NCBI GenBank assembly: GCA_913047625.1
Contig: CAJWUJ010000002.1
Span: 2,743 to 66,742, forward strand
From: an uncultured Dehalococcoidia bacterium
Lineage (GTDB): Bacteria > Chloroflexota > Dehalococcoidia > Lucifugimonadales > CAJWUJ01
Direction of reading: 5' to 3'
Length of the DNA stretch: 64,000 nt
This document shows positions 18,621-27,918 of this stretch, one piece after another. The notes beneath the pieces were generated by a model that saw only the letters and a list, made by a program, of their open reading frames with translations, did no database searches and had not been told where the DNA came from. Each line of letters starts with the position of its first letter. Positions within the stretch are counted from its first letter, which is position 1. The translations under genes and the position numbers were made by a program.

Positions 18621-18805
18621 GCATGCCTCCTTCAGTGATTAGCGTCATTTACCAATTAATGATGTTGTAGAAAAGGAATAAACTGTATCCCTTCATGTTA
18701 TGATTATGATACCCTATTCTGGTTTCTGTCCAGCTTTATTGACGATTACGTGCGCCAATAAAGCTCGATAAGTGTTAGAAAATTGTCATAAAAAGGGATT
18801 TTTAT

Positions 18806-19312
18806 ATGAATTGGGCACAGGCGATAATTGCATCTTTAAAAGCGCAGGCTATTTCCATGATAGCCTTTGTTCCTGACGTCAGTATTGATAAAGTGACAAG
18901 ATTGATGGAAAAAGATCCCTTTTTTACTGTAGTTGCTGCAACCAGAGAGGAAGAAGCAATTGGCATAGCTTCTGGAGCTTACGCGGTTGGGAGAAATGCA
19001 GCAGTCTTTATGCAATCGAGTGGGTTTGGAAACTCCGTAAATGCTATCGCGAGCTTGTGTATGCCTTGCCGGATTCCAATTCCCATGTTCATCAACTTAC
19101 GAGGACAATTAGGAGAGTTTAACATTGCTCAGGTTGCTATGGGTCAAGCTACCCGTCCTATATTGGACGTTTTAGGATTGCCTCACTATGTATTAAATGC
19201 CTCTGATGATATCGAGAAAGTGACAACTGGAGCATTGCAGCTGTGTTATGGAAGCCGTCAACCACTGGCGATCTGTCTGACTCCTTTGTTAACTGGAGGA
19301 AAACTTGTTTAG
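18806..19312 (+). CDS. comD: TPP-dependent sulfopyruvate/phosphonopyruvate decarboxylase, alpha (ComD-like) subunit
   Basis: 168 aa. REEEAIGIASGAYAVGRNAAVFMQSSGFGNSVNAIASL is the TPP pyrimidine-binding half. The size and split architecture match ComD. Confidence 0.7.
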   Translation: MNWAQAIIASLKAQAISMIAFVPDVSIDKVTRLMEKDPFFTVVAATREEEAIGIASGAYAVGRNAAVFMQSSGFGNSVNAIASLCMPCRIPIPMFINLRGQLGEFNIAQVAMGQATRPILDVLGLPHYVLNASDDIEKVTTGALQLCYGSRQPLAICLTPLLTGGKLV

Positions 19313-19859
19313 GTATGAAGCAACCCAGATGATCCTTGGGTGTCTTCAGGATCAGCCTCTCGTGACTAATTTAGGACCTACTACTGACGAGCTTTGGGCA
19401 GCAGGGCATCGCGATCGGAATTTTTACACTTTTGGTTCTATGGGTCTCTGTTCTTCTATAGCGCTGGGAATGGCATTGTCTTTATCAGAGAAAGTGATTT
19501 CACTTGATGGTGACGGATCCCTGCTTATGAACCTTGGAACGATTGCTTCCATTGGTAGAGAACAACCTTCTAATCTTATTGTAGTGGTGTGGGACAACGA
19601 AGAATGGGCTCAAACGGGTCGTCAAAAAAGCCATACTGCATTTGGCACAAATTTGGAAGCCGTTGCTCGTTCTTGTAATATAACTCATACCAAGACAGTA
19701 ACTGACTTAACACAGTTTAAATCGGTATTTAAAGAGTCACTAACAACCGATGGTCCTTGGTTTATAGTTGCAAAGATTGAGGAAGGGGAACTATACCCCT
19801 TAATGCCTCAGGAACCTGATGCTACTCTTCTTAGATTCAGAGCGACATACCTCTCATAG
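19305..19859 (+). CDS. comE: TPP-dependent sulfopyruvate/phosphonopyruvate decarboxylase, beta (ComE-like) subunit
   Basis: 184 aa. GSMGLCSSIALGMAL...LDGDGSLLMNLG...VVWDNEEW is the TPP diphosphate-binding GDGS..N motif. TTG start with GGAGGA 4 nt upstream, overlapping the comD stop by 8 nt. Confidence 0.7.
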   Translation: MFRYEATQMILGCLQDQPLVTNLGPTTDELWAAGHRDRNFYTFGSMGLCSSIALGMALSLSEKVISLDGDGSLLMNLGTIASIGREQPSNLIVVVWDNEEWAQTGRQKSHTAFGTNLEAVARSCNITHTKTVTDLTQFKSVFKESLTTDGPWFIVAKIEEGELYPLMPQEPDATLLRFRATYLS

Positions 19860-19991
19860 ATTCCTCTTAAATTCTGACCTTATTTGGCTAGGTACTTCCC
19901 AAGGGTATTGACATAGGTATTATTATTAGTTATTCGGTAGATACAATATAGCCTTTTAGTAAAATGTCTAAAGGAAACCAAGGAGGTAGTC

Positions 19992-21149
19992 ATGACGAAG
20001 AAATTTAGGATTAGGTCATTCGGTGTCGTTGCTTGTTCCCTATTGCTAGGTTTAGCTGCAATTGGGTGTGGCATAATTGGTGGCTCTACAACGGTAAAGA
20101 TAGGGTTGCTGAGTCCTCAGACGGGCCCCATAGCAGTGTATGCGCCGGGCTTTGAGGATGCTGCTAGTGTAGCAATAGCGCAACTTAATGAGGCCAATGA
20201 TGATTATGAATTTGAACTAATTGTGGCCAATTCCGGTTGTGATGCAACTCAGGCAGCTACATCTGCCCAGTCGCTTGTTGATTCAGGTGTTGCAGGTATC
20301 GTAGGAGCGGCCTGTTCTGGTGCAACAATGTCTGCCATATCAGTGGCACAAGCAGCAGGAATTCCTATGGTCTCTTATGCGAGTACATCTCCAGCAATAA
20401 CTACATTGGCAGATGATGGTTATCTGTTCCGTGTAGTACCCAGTGATGCACAACAATCAGTAGCACTATCTGATGTAGTGAAAGCAAACGGTAGTACCAA
20501 TACTGGAGTGTTGTATATGACAAATGACTACGGTGCAGGACTAGCTGAAAACTTCAAGGGAGCTCATGGCGGTCTATGCACAGAAGTGGGTTATGATCCC
20601 GCAGAAGGTTCATACGATGCTTCTACGTTAGCTCAAGCCATTGTTGATGGCGGCTGTGACTCTGTTGTACTTGTGTCTTATGCTACTGACGGAGCTGCAA
20701 TAATGGAAGCATTGTTGTCACAAGGATTTAGCGGTGATCTTTATGGTGCTGATGGCGTCGCAGATGCAGCGTTCGTAAATTCGTTCACTGACACAAAGGC
20801 TGTTGATGGTCTTATTGCTACTAAACCTCGACCAGGCAAGGATTCTGCAGCAAAATCGACCTTTGAGACAGCTTACTCTGCAGCGGGTGGCGATACTGAG
20901 GGAATTTACACTCACGAAACCTATGACGCAGTTAACATAATTGCGGCAGCTGCAATGGCTGATGATTCAGATGACCTCAGAGATGATTTAAACAGTGTTG
21001 GTAAGGGATATGACGGAGCTAGTGGTTCCCATACTTTTGATTCTAATGGTGACGTATCCGGTACTGGTTATGATGTCTGTCACTTCCACGGAACAGACTT
21101 TGAGTGTGACAAGATTTGGACGTCTGACGGTGGCGTAACTAGCGGATAA
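19992..21149 (+). CDS. ABC transporter substrate-binding protein, Leu/Ile/Val-binding (LivK/type I PBP) family, probable lipoprotein
   Basis: Signal-like N-terminus ending LLLGLAAIGCG (Cys lipobox-like), then KIGLLSPQTGPIAVYAPG, typical of LivK-type binding proteins. Strong RBS AAGGAGG. Confidence 0.8.
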   Translation: MTKKFRIRSFGVVACSLLLGLAAIGCGIIGGSTTVKIGLLSPQTGPIAVYAPGFEDAASVAIAQLNEANDDYEFELIVANSGCDATQAATSAQSLVDSGVAGIVGAACSGATMSAISVAQAAGIPMVSYASTSPAITTLADDGYLFRVVPSDAQQSVALSDVVKANGSTNTGVLYMTNDYGAGLAENFKGAHGGLCTEVGYDPAEGSYDASTLAQAIVDGGCDSVVLVSYATDGAAIMEALLSQGFSGDLYGADGVADAAFVNSFTDTKAVDGLIATKPRPGKDSAAKSTFETAYSAAGGDTEGIYTHETYDAVNIIAAAAMADDSDDLRDDLNSVGKGYDGASGSHTFDSNGDVSGTGYDVCHFHGTDFECDKIWTSDGGVTSG

Positions 21150-21181
21150 AATAGACCGTTGGTTTGAATAGTTTCTATTTG

Positions 21182-21210
21182 AGGGGGTACTGATCTCATT
21201 AGTACCCCCT
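21182..21210 (+). terminator. Perfect 10-bp stem-loop between the binding-protein and permease genes (attenuator or partial terminator)
   Basis: AGGGGGTACT (21182-21191), 9-nt loop, AGTACCCCCT (21201-21210). There is no clean U-run directly after it, so it may act as an mRNA-stabilising or attenuating hairpin. Confidence 0.45.
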
Positions 21211-21263
21211 AATCAGTAAATTTATTGGGTTCTTTTCCTTAGAACCTAGCTTGGATTAAGATT

Positions 21264-24140
21264 TTGCAATTAAGGCTTGGACCAAGTCGTAGCTTGGAAC
21301 TGCTGGACACGCATAAGAAAACCCTCATCGCGGCGATATTGTTGCTTGATGCTTGTATTGGTCTGCTATACGGAGCTGGATCAGTAGCGTGGTCAGGCCT
21401 TTTTGCCGGAGATCTCAAATGGATGTTCCAGTCCTTTGAAATGTTTATCGGTGGATTTATCTTTATCCACTCCTTCTTCGAATACGTTAGGCGCACAAAA
21501 CCAGTAGTTGCTTTCGGCACTCTGATAATTCTCACTACAGTATTAATTGTATTAATCCTGCAGTTACTCCTCTCGAGCTTGGGTAAGTCGAGCACAGTGA
21601 ACTACAATCTTTCCTCAGTAGGTATGAGTGGTTTATATTGGACCGCTGCATATTTAAGTGTTGCCGCGGGACTAGCACTCACCTACAAAGTCCAGCGGTT
21701 CGGAAATTTTGCTCAAGCTGAAATGATGCTGATTGGTGCATATGTTGCCATTACACTTATGTGGTCCGAGTACTTTTTCCCGATTTCAAGCGCACCGGAG
21801 GACGGGAAACTTGATTGGAGTCTACTCATTTGCGCTGGACTGGCTGCGTTTTTACTCACGGGCTTTGTTGGCGTAGTGATTGACCGTTTCGTATACAGGA
21901 AATTCCGTAAAAAAGCAGCTTCTCCCCAAGTCATGATGATTGCATCTCTTGGTATTGCAATGGTTATCCGAGCATTCTTATACATGAGGTTTTCTGCTGG
22001 CACATTTCGTTTTGTGCCGGACACTGATTGGAGATTGGTAGAGTCTAAGTTTTCAGTTCCAACAAAGTTAGTGCAGTTTTCTATCGGGGATCGAGGAGAA
22101 CTTAGCATACTGAGAATCTCTGAGACTGCCAATGCATACGGTTTTGCTTTTATGAAAGTTGCTCTTGTGGTTGGAGTAATAGCATCGGTGGTCATATTGA
22201 TGTTCATTTTGTACAAGACTCGGTTGGGAAGGAAAATGAGAGCTGTATCAGATAATTCAGATCTTGCAGCATCAAGCGGTATTGATGTGGAACGAGTACA
22301 TTCGACGAGTGCATTTTTATCAGCCGGTATTTCGGGTCTTGGTGGGGCAATGCTTGCAGGGGTGTTGCCGATAAATCCAGAGCTGGGCATTACGTTGCTT
22401 CTGCCAGCCTTTGCAGTTCTTATTCTAGGTACAATCGGTTCAATCCCTGGGGTTTTTATTGGAGCCCTGGTGGTTGGATTAGTAAGGTCAACTTCAGAGC
22501 CATTTTTAATCGGGATTGGTAATGCCCTAGATAGACCTACAATGAGTGGATTTGCTGAGGTTATGCCTTTTGTATTTTTAATTGCTGTTCTATTACTTCT
22601 GCCGAGGGGAATAGGGGATGTACTGACCCAGTGGAATATAGATCGTATGAAAAAAAGAGATCACAGTAAATATACTATTGGTCTTGGGAGTGGTACTACT
22701 GGAAGAGAAATATTTGGATCGATACGTGATAATTTTGCGTCCACTATTACTATACTGAACAACCAGTGTAATCTGGTCTTTGCAAATGTTCGAAGCAAGC
22801 TTATATGGATACTCAGAAAGGTGGCGTATCTGGGTAATGTTTTTAGGTTAGTAATAGCATTGTTTAGTAGACTGCTGGTGAAAACATCGTCCACCTTCGG
22901 AACTACCAAAAGAGAAACAGAGCGTGGGTCGTGGGTTACATTTGGGATCCTTTTTTTTATCTTGGTGCTGATAGTGCTTTTGCTGCCCAGTGCTACAGCT
23001 TTAACTAAGATAATGCAAGTAGCAAGAGTGGTTTCCTTACTAGGGATTTTTAGCTTACTTGCCATATCATTGAACTTGCATACTGGGATCACGGGAATGA
23101 CTAACTTTGGTGTAATCTTTTTTGCAGGACTAGGAGCGATCATAGTTGGGATCCTATGTGCTCCAGTTGAAACAAATGGGTATGGATGGGCTCCTTGGCA
23201 GGCCACTATCCTGGCAGTTTGCATATCGGGCTTAGCAGGATGGTTACTTGCTTACCCTACTGCTAGGTTACGTATGGACTATTTTGCTATCGTGACCATT
23301 TCATTAGGAGAAATACTCAGTATTGCACTTCGGTCAGAACCGTTATTACGGGCTGGGACTGTTACATCTGCTATAGGAATATCGCAATACACCCGTCCAT
23401 TTGAAGATTGGTGGAATTCAGGTGTGTCAAAAACTGTAGGAAGCTCGCTTGGACTTCCAGGTGTGGCTCCGTATGTCCTTGTCATTGCCCTGATGTGTGT
23501 AATTTGCGTACCGCTCGTCTGGTGGCTTTTAAACACTGTCTTGCGCTCTCCATGGGGGCGTATTTTGCGGTCGATAAGGGAAGATGAAGAAGTTAGTCAG
23601 CATCATGGACACAGTGTACTCATTCATAAAGCGAGTAGTTTAGCGATGGGAGCGGCAATAGCTGGCCTTGCAGGAGCCATATGGGCTTGGCTGAACACAG
23701 GGATTTTTCCTGAATTTATGAATCCGGTGCGTTCTACATTTTTAGTCTGGGCTGCATTTATAGTAGGAGGAAGAGGAAACAACCGCGGTATGATTATCGG
23801 TGCATTTCTTATCGTCATAGTAGATTTCTTTTTTAATGTTATGGTTGTTGCGAGAGGAGGTGCCAGTCTTCCTTTTCATGGAATAGTTACATATATCGAT
23901 AGTGCTTTTAGATGGTTCATTGTGGATTTGGGAGGTTTGGTTTGGTCGGATATGTCGATTGACCAGGTTTTTAAACGAGGAATTATCACTGCTAATCTTG
24001 AATATCTTAAATTAGCCTTAATTGGCGGTGTTATAGTGGGGACATTACAGTTAGCGCCCAAAGGTTTGTTGCCAGAAATTCCTAGCAGACCCGAACGTTC
24101 CGTTGTTCAAAGTAGTGATAGAGGAAAGACTGATGAATAG
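21264..24140 (+). CDS. Fused branched-chain-amino-acid-type ABC permease (LivH-like domain + LivM-like domain in one polypeptide); start codon uncertain
   Basis: Single 958-codon ORF. The LivH-like core runs from GLYWTAAYLSVAAGLALTYKVQRFGNFAQAEMMLIGAYVA to AVSDNSDLAASSGIDV...LLLLPRGIG. After a linker of roughly 100 to 140 aa comes the LivM-like core (LNLHTGITGMTNFGVIFFAGLGA...ILRSIREDEEVSQHHG...GLAGAIWA). About 110 aa of extra N-terminal TM segments are present if the TTG at 21264 is used; ATG 21423 is an alternative. Confidence 0.75.
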   Translation: MQLRLGPSRSLELLDTHKKTLIAAILLLDACIGLLYGAGSVAWSGLFAGDLKWMFQSFEMFIGGFIFIHSFFEYVRRTKPVVAFGTLIILTTVLIVLILQLLLSSLGKSSTVNYNLSSVGMSGLYWTAAYLSVAAGLALTYKVQRFGNFAQAEMMLIGAYVAITLMWSEYFFPISSAPEDGKLDWSLLICAGLAAFLLTGFVGVVIDRFVYRKFRKKAASPQVMMIASLGIAMVIRAFLYMRFSAGTFRFVPDTDWRLVESKFSVPTKLVQFSIGDRGELSILRISETANAYGFAFMKVALVVGVIASVVILMFILYKTRLGRKMRAVSDNSDLAASSGIDVERVHSTSAFLSAGISGLGGAMLAGVLPINPELGITLLLPAFAVLILGTIGSIPGVFIGALVVGLVRSTSEPFLIGIGNALDRPTMSGFAEVMPFVFLIAVLLLLPRGIGDVLTQWNIDRMKKRDHSKYTIGLGSGTTGREIFGSIRDNFASTITILNNQCNLVFANVRSKLIWILRKVAYLGNVFRLVIALFSRLLVKTSSTFGTTKRETERGSWVTFGILFFILVLIVLLLPSATALTKIMQVARVVSLLGIFSLLAISLNLHTGITGMTNFGVIFFAGLGAIIVGILCAPVETNGYGWAPWQATILAVCISGLAGWLLAYPTARLRMDYFAIVTISLGEILSIALRSEPLLRAGTVTSAIGISQYTRPFEDWWNSGVSKTVGSSLGLPGVAPYVLVIALMCVICVPLVWWLLNTVLRSPWGRILRSIREDEEVSQHHGHSVLIHKASSLAMGAAIAGLAGAIWAWLNTGIFPEFMNPVRSTFLVWAAFIVGGRGNNRGMIIGAFLIVIVDFFFNVMVVARGGASLPFHGIVTYIDSAFRWFIVDLGGLVWSDMSIDQVFKRGIITANLEYLKLALIGGVIVGTLQLAPKGLLPEIPSRPERSVVQSSDRGKTDE

Positions 24141-24915
24141 TTTGCCTTTGAAAGTACAACGGATAACCAAGACTTTTGGTGGTCTCACCGCTGTTGGTGG
24201 AATCTCTTTTGAGATAACTGATGGCGAGTTTGTAGGTCTTATTGGACCAAATGGGTGCGGAAAATCTACAGTGTTTAATTGTATTTCGGGTCTATTGCCT
24301 GTTAATTCTGGAGACATACAGGTGTTTGGCACCCCTTCCTCAGATCTACGGCCTGATCAGATACAGAGACTGGGATTAACTAGAACATTCCAGCATACTC
24401 GTTTATGGATGGGCATGACAGTAATAGAAAACCTTTTAGTACCTCCTAGGCAGCAATTTGCACCTAATCGATTATTGTCCTTGTTTAGACCAGGTTCAAG
24501 GAAAGAGGAACTTGCTCGTATTGAACACGCTTACGCTGTATTGGAAACGCTTGAAATTTCACATATGGCCCATAACTTAGCTAACGAATTATCTGGAGGG
24601 CAGAGCAAGCTGGTAGATCTTGGACGGGCATTAATGGGTGATCCCAGAATGCTGTTGCTTGATGAACCCGTGGCTGGTGTTGCAGCTCCTCTAGCTGAAA
24701 AAATATTTAGCAATTTACGAAAATTAGCTTCTGAGCAGGGAACAAGTGTTTTGGTTGTGGAACATAATATGAATTTCATATTGCGTACAGGAGTAGATAG
24801 AGTAATTGTTATGGATAGGGGTGAAATCTTAATGCAAGGTACTCCTGATGAAGTACGCCAAAACAGTGACGTAGTTGCTGCATATTTAGGCGGAACTGAA
24901 AAGAGGTCAAAATGA
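24133..24915 (+). CDS. livG: ABC transporter ATP-binding protein (LivG-like)
   Basis: Walker A GPNGCGKST, signature LSGGQSKL, Walker B LLLDEP. ATG 24133 (GAGGAAAG upstream) overlaps the permease stop. Confidence 0.85.
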   Translation: MNSLPLKVQRITKTFGGLTAVGGISFEITDGEFVGLIGPNGCGKSTVFNCISGLLPVNSGDIQVFGTPSSDLRPDQIQRLGLTRTFQHTRLWMGMTVIENLLVPPRQQFAPNRLLSLFRPGSRKEELARIEHAYAVLETLEISHMAHNLANELSGGQSKLVDLGRALMGDPRMLLLDEPVAGVAAPLAEKIFSNLRKLASEQGTSVLVVEHNMNFILRTGVDRVIVMDRGEILMQGTPDEVRQNSDVVAAYLGGTEKRSK

Positions 24916-25628
24916 GTCGTGTCCTTGAAGTAATTGGATTAACTGGTGGATACGGACCAATACAAATACTCAACGGTATTGACCTTCATGTTGAGGAAGG
25001 AGAATTCATTACGATTATAGGACCGAACGGATGTGGGAAATCAACTTTCATAAAAGTGATATTCGGGATAGCTGATCGATATGAAGGCTTAATTTCATAT
25101 CGAGGGGAGGATATATCTACATGGCGACCCGATCAATTAGTCAATAATGGGATTGCGTATGTTCCTCAGGTAGATAACATTTTCCCCTCTCTGACAGTTC
25201 GTGAGAATTTGCAAATGGGAGGGATCCAATTAACCTCCAAAATTCTTGCTGAACGTATCACGGAGGCGTTGGATATGTTTGGCGATCTTAAGTTTCGCAT
25301 GAATGACTTAGGAGCTTCACTTTCTGGGGGAGAGAGACAGATGTTAGCTATATCGCGTGCATTAATATCTAATCCGTCTTTTTTGCTTCTGGATGAACCA
25401 ACTGCTGCGCTTTCGCCTAAATATCAAACAGAGATCATAAATAGCATTGCGGCTCTCAAGGGAAAAGGCCTGACGATTTTGATTATAGAGCAAAATGCTA
25501 GGTTATCGTTATCAAAATCTGATCGAGGATACATTTTTGTAGGAGGAGAGGTAGCCTATGTCGCGAATGCAGACCAATTGCTTAATAGTACCGATATAGG
25601 GGCGTACTTTCTTGGTGCAAAGAGTTAG
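24912..25628 (+). CDS. livF: ABC transporter ATP-binding protein (LivF-like)
   Basis: Walker A GPNGCGKST, LSGGERQML, LLLDEP. ATGA overlap with the livG-like gene. Confidence 0.85.
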   Translation: MSRVLEVIGLTGGYGPIQILNGIDLHVEEGEFITIIGPNGCGKSTFIKVIFGIADRYEGLISYRGEDISTWRPDQLVNNGIAYVPQVDNIFPSLTVRENLQMGGIQLTSKILAERITEALDMFGDLKFRMNDLGASLSGGERQMLAISRALISNPSFLLLDEPTAALSPKYQTEIINSIAALKGKGLTILIIEQNARLSLSKSDRGYIFVGGEVAYVANADQLLNSTDIGAYFLGAKS

Positions 25629-25637
25629 CCTTTGAAG

Positions 25638-26660
25638 CTAATCTAATTCACTTACCCTGACTATCAACTTCCCAAAATTGTCTCCTCTAAGTAGTCCCGC
25701 AAAAGCAGTAGGCGCATGTTCAAATCCGTCTACAATATCTTCCTTGTACTTAAGTCGACCATCTCTCATCCATCCAGCCAATCTTCTCCGCGCAATTTCG
25801 TGTCTTCTTTCAAAATCGTATACTAAAAATCCTTGCACTGTGGCTCTCGCAATCAGTAGAGCGCCCATATTGCGGGGACCTTGCGCAATCCCAACCGCAT
25901 TGTACTGTGATACTTGACCGCAAATAGCAATTCGTGAGGAATCAGCTAAGTTTTCCATTACTGCATCAAGAACTGGGCCACCGACATTATCGAAGTAAAC
26001 ATCTATGCCAGAAGAGGTTAGCTCTTTAAACCTACTAGACACGTCTTCAGTTTTATAATTTATCGCAGCATCAAATCCGAGTTCATCAGTGACATACCTA
26101 CACTTGTCATTACTACCTGCAACCCCTATCACAAAACAACCGTTAATTTTCCCGATTTGCCCTACAATTGCTCCTACAGCACCAGAAGCGGCTGATACGA
26201 CCAAAGTGTCTCCAGCTTTTGGGTGACATATTTCCAGCAATCCGAAATAGGCGGTTAGCCCTGGCATTCCGAGTATGCCTACTGCAGTGGATATCGGTCC
26301 AAGTGAAAGATCTACTGGTTTTGCTAGGTGGGCAGGGATTACTCCCCATTCTTGCCATCCTATAGATGAGCGAACGATGTCTCCAACAGAAAATCTTTTT
26401 GTCTTACTATATTCTACTCTTGCTACGACTTCCCCTTGCATTATGTCGCCTGGCTCAAGCGGTGTAGCATACGAAGGTCCAGATCGCATTCTGCCGCGCA
26501 TGTACGGATCTAAAGAAAGGAAGAGTGTGCGCAGTAAAACCTCGCCATGCTGTACAGTTGGGATTTCGAATTCTACTAGCTTGAAATTGTCAGGTTTAGG
26601 TTCGCCAACAGGCCGGCTTGCCATCGTCCAGGCACGGTTCATTTTGATGGTGTTTTTCAT
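25638..26660 (-). CDS. NADP-dependent oxidoreductase, medium-chain (zinc-independent) alkenal/one reductase / YncB-like family
   Basis: LSLDPYMRGRM and AASGAVGAIVGQIGK cofactor motif, ending GKLIVRV. This is typical of the leukotriene-B4 dehydrogenase/YncB subgroup. Confidence 0.75.
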   Translation of the reverse strand: MKNTIKMNRAWTMASRPVGEPKPDNFKLVEFEIPTVQHGEVLLRTLFLSLDPYMRGRMRSGPSYATPLEPGDIMQGEVVARVEYSKTKRFSVGDIVRSSIGWQEWGVIPAHLAKPVDLSLGPISTAVGILGMPGLTAYFGLLEICHPKAGDTLVVSAASGAVGAIVGQIGKINGCFVIGVAGSNDKCRYVTDELGFDAAINYKTEDVSSRFKELTSSGIDVYFDNVGGPVLDAVMENLADSSRIAICGQVSQYNAVGIAQGPRNMGALLIARATVQGFLVYDFERRHEIARRRLAGWMRDGRLKYKEDIVDGFEHAPTAFAGLLRGDNFGKLIVRVSELD

Positions 26661-26766
26661 GGGAGTAGCGATGTATCACCTTTCGTATGCCAACTTGAGT
26701 TACAGGCAATTTCCAGAGTGCCAGATTCATAACTTTATGACCGTAGTGTAATGAAAGAGAACCGAA

Positions 26767-27660
26767 TTAGCCCTTTTTGACTTCAACCTTGGCCATTGAT
26801 TCAATGAACTGAACAACACCTGAATGATCTTGGTCACCTTTACCATCAGTCACCAACGCGCCTAGGACTTGTTGGATGAGTCCTGTAAAAGGAAGCGATA
26901 CCCCTAGGTCTTTTCCTGCAGACAAAGCATTATTTAGGTCTTTCTGATGAAGTTTGATACGGAAGCCAGGCTTGAAGTTTCTGTCCATCATCATTGGTGC
27001 CTTGGCATTCATAACATTGCTGCCAGCTAGGCCTCCTTTTATAGCGTCAAAAACTAGACTTGGATCTAAGCCAGCCTTACTTGCTAATACCAGGGCTTCA
27101 CTAAGGCCTGCAATATTAACTGCAACACAAATTTGATTTGCGAGTTTGGTCGTATTTCCAGCTCCAACTTCACCTACGCGTACGACGCTTTTACCTAACA
27201 CAGTTAGTATATCGATACATTTATTGAATATGTCCTGCTTACCACCAACCATAATAGCTAAGGTTCCCTCAATAGCACCTGGTTCACCGCCACTTACAGG
27301 AGCATCCAGAAGCTCCACTTGTTTTTCCCCACAAGCCTTCGCGATTTTTTGAGAAACCAAGGGATTAATTGAGCTCATATCAATAATAATCGTGTTTGGC
27401 TTGGATCCAGCTAGAACTCCTTTTTCAGTCAAAATTGCAGCTTCAGAATCAGCTGAATCAGGTACCATAACAATCACTACATCTGAAGCAGAAGCGACTT
27501 CGCTTGCAGAACCACATTTGGTTGCTCCTGAGTTTACTATTTCATCGACAGGCGCCTGATTAAGATCAAACACTCTTAAGGTGTAACCTGCATTGATTAG
27601 GTTTTTCGCCATGGGCTTTCCCATAATTCCCAGTCCAACAAAACCAATTGTAGTCGTCAT
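26767..27660 (-). CDS. Beta-hydroxyacid dehydrogenase (2-hydroxy-3-oxopropionate reductase / 3-hydroxyisobutyrate dehydrogenase family)
   Basis: IGFVGLGIMGKPMAKNL, DAPVSGG and the GAGNTTKLANQ catalytic-Lys region. AAGGAG RBS. Confidence 0.85.
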   Translation of the reverse strand: MTTTIGFVGLGIMGKPMAKNLINAGYTLRVFDLNQAPVDEIVNSGATKCGSASEVASASDVVIVMVPDSADSEAAILTEKGVLAGSKPNTIIIDMSSINPLVSQKIAKACGEKQVELLDAPVSGGEPGAIEGTLAIMVGGKQDIFNKCIDILTVLGKSVVRVGEVGAGNTTKLANQICVAVNIAGLSEALVLASKAGLDPSLVFDAIKGGLAGSNVMNAKAPMMMDRNFKPGFRIKLHQKDLNNALSAGKDLGVSLPFTGLIQQVLGALVTDGKGDQDHSGVVQFIESMAKVEVKKG

Positions 27661-27918
27661 CGGATAAACTCCTTGATATATTTTTAGTTGGAAAAAGAAC
27701 TTGTAACAACTCTTTTTCAGGAGGCGTATTGTATATCAAGTCTAGTACAGTTTCAACGGCAGAGAATTACGTAGAGTTTGGTAACACAGCAACTTCAAGT
27801 TTGAGCTTTGTTCCTGCTTATGATATACAGAAATACAGTAGGCTAGAATTATAGATAGACATTGAAGGTGTAGCATCCCTCCATAGTACTTTAGATCAGG
27901 ATATCGAGGAGAATAATT

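Noticed and set aside
21713-23224. Long antisense ORFs (225 aa and 187 aa) inside the fused Liv permease gene
   Set aside because: The sense strand carries clear LivH/LivM motifs. The antisense products have no motifs or RBS and are typical shadow ORFs of a gene with biased codon usage.
27691-27718. 8-bp inverted repeat GAAAAAGA N12 TCTTTTTC upstream of the beta-hydroxyacid dehydrogenase gene
   Set aside because: It is a low-complexity A/T-rich arm sequence. It could be an operator or leader hairpin, but it is indistinguishable from chance in AT-rich intergenic DNA without comparative data.
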